From positions 2,920,151-2,984,150 of the forward strand of contig MU054001.1 in assembly GCA_013239625.1 (NCBI GenBank): DNA of 64,000 bases, given 5' to 3'. How positions within the stretch are numbered: position 1 is the stretch's first letter; each line of letters starts with the position of its first letter. Of this stretch, positions 62,815 to 64,000 are shown one piece after another. This DNA comes from Lama guanicoe. Its lineage: Eukaryota. Under the pieces are notes generated by a model. It saw only the letters and a list, made by a program, of their open reading frames with translations. It had not been told where the DNA came from and searched no databases. The translations under genes and the position numbers were made by a program.

Positions 62815-64000
62815 TATTTAGCAATAAATCTCATGACAGGTATCTAAGACCTCTATACTAAAAACTGTGACATATTGCTGAAAGGAAGTAAAGACCTAAC
62901 TAAACAGGGAAATCGATTATGTTCACAGATAATATCATAGATTATTATTCATAGATAGTTATTATTATACATAGCCTTCATAGATTGTTCATAGACTATT
63001 ATATTTATTACTAAGATGGCGATTCTCTCTGAATTGATTTACAAATTCAACACAACCTCAATCAAAATTCCAGTGGGCTTTTTAAAAGTAGAAATTGACA
63101 GTCAAGGAGATTCTAAAATTTATATTGAAAGGCAAAGAACCTAAGACAACTAAAGACAACTTGGAGGACTTCCCTATCTGCTTTCAAGACTTACTCTAAT
63201 GCTACCATGATCAAGATAGTGTGATATTAAAAAGTATAGAGAGAGAGCGATCAATGAAACAGAATAGAGACTAACTTGGAAATAGAACCACACGTATATG
63301 GGCAATTGACTTCCAGCAAAGTTTCCAAGGCAATTCAATTGAAAAGGGGAAGTCTTTTAAACAAATAATTCTGGAGCCATGAATATTTATTTGGGGTTAA
63401 AAAAAACAACCCTTATTTTACACCATACATAAAAATCAACACAAAGTGGATCATAGACCTAAATGCAAAATCTAAAACTGTGGAACTTTTAGGAGAAAAT
63501 CTTTGAGACCTTGAGGGTAGACATGAGTTTCTTAGAACATAGAAAGCACAAGCATAGAAGAAATAAAAAAGACTTTAAATTAAAACTTTATATTAAAAAT
63601 TAAAACCTTTCACTCCTCAAAAGGTATTGTGAGAAGAATAAAAAGACAAGCCGCCAACTGGCAGAAAGTATTTGCAATACATACATCAAACAATGGACTT
63701 GTATTCAGAGTATATAATGAACTCATGCAACTCAATGACAAGAAGATAAACAACCCATTTTGAAAAACGGGCAAAACTTTCGAGCAGACACTCCATAAGA
63801 GAAGATAGAAGAATGGCCAATGAGCATATGAAAAGATACTCAGCGTCATTAGATACTAGGGTGTTTCCAATGAAAACCACAATAAGAAACCACTATATAC
63901 CCGTGAAGGCATATGTCTACCCAGAGACTTGCACATGAATGGGCAATTTATTTTTAATAGAAACTGGAATCAATCCAAATGTCCGGGACAAGGTGAATGG
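62815..64000 (+). mobile_element. Old L1 (L1MC/L1MD-like) ORF2 3' region, decayed, runs off the window end
   Basis: A-rich sense L1: TTCAAGACTTACTCTAATGCTACCATGATCAAGATAGTGTG, AAAATCAACACAAAGTGGATCATAGACCTAAATG, AAACTGGAATCAATCCAAATGTCC. Confidence 0.9.

Noticed and set aside
1..64000. CRISPR array, operon, defence system or other prokaryotic/viral system
   Set aside because: The sequence is CpG-depleted mammalian DNA with no regularly spaced direct repeats, no gene-dense ORF structure, and no ERV gag/pol/env seen.

Overview
This is mammalian genomic DNA, most likely camelid (alpaca, llama or camel). That call rests on a tRNA-derived Vic-1-type SINE at ~58.66 kb and cetartiodactyl-style L1 3' ends. 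I found no credible protein-coding gene, tRNA/rRNA gene or prokaryotic-type system; the only ORFs with recognisable homology are decayed L1 ORF2 fragments. The window looks like a gene desert or very long intron, densely filled with old repeats (MIR, L2, CR1/L3, old L1, MaLR/ERVL LTRs, hAT and Tigger MITEs), several nested. Between them are repeat-free, homeobox-motif-rich blocks that resemble conserved developmental enhancers. Most notable: (1) a ~345-bp TSD-flanked element at 39.58-39.92 kb made of an L1 5' end joined directly to an L1 3' end, at a junction consistent with splicing; (2) a probable MER121 ancient conserved repeat with an RFX-like palindrome at ~57.4 kb; (3) a series of candidate enhancers with PBX/HOX/MEIS motifs, strongest at 24.8-25.75 kb; (4) an L1 carrying a possible 17-nt 3' transduction. 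Repeat family names come from recalled consensus sequences, boundaries are approximate, and no searches were run.
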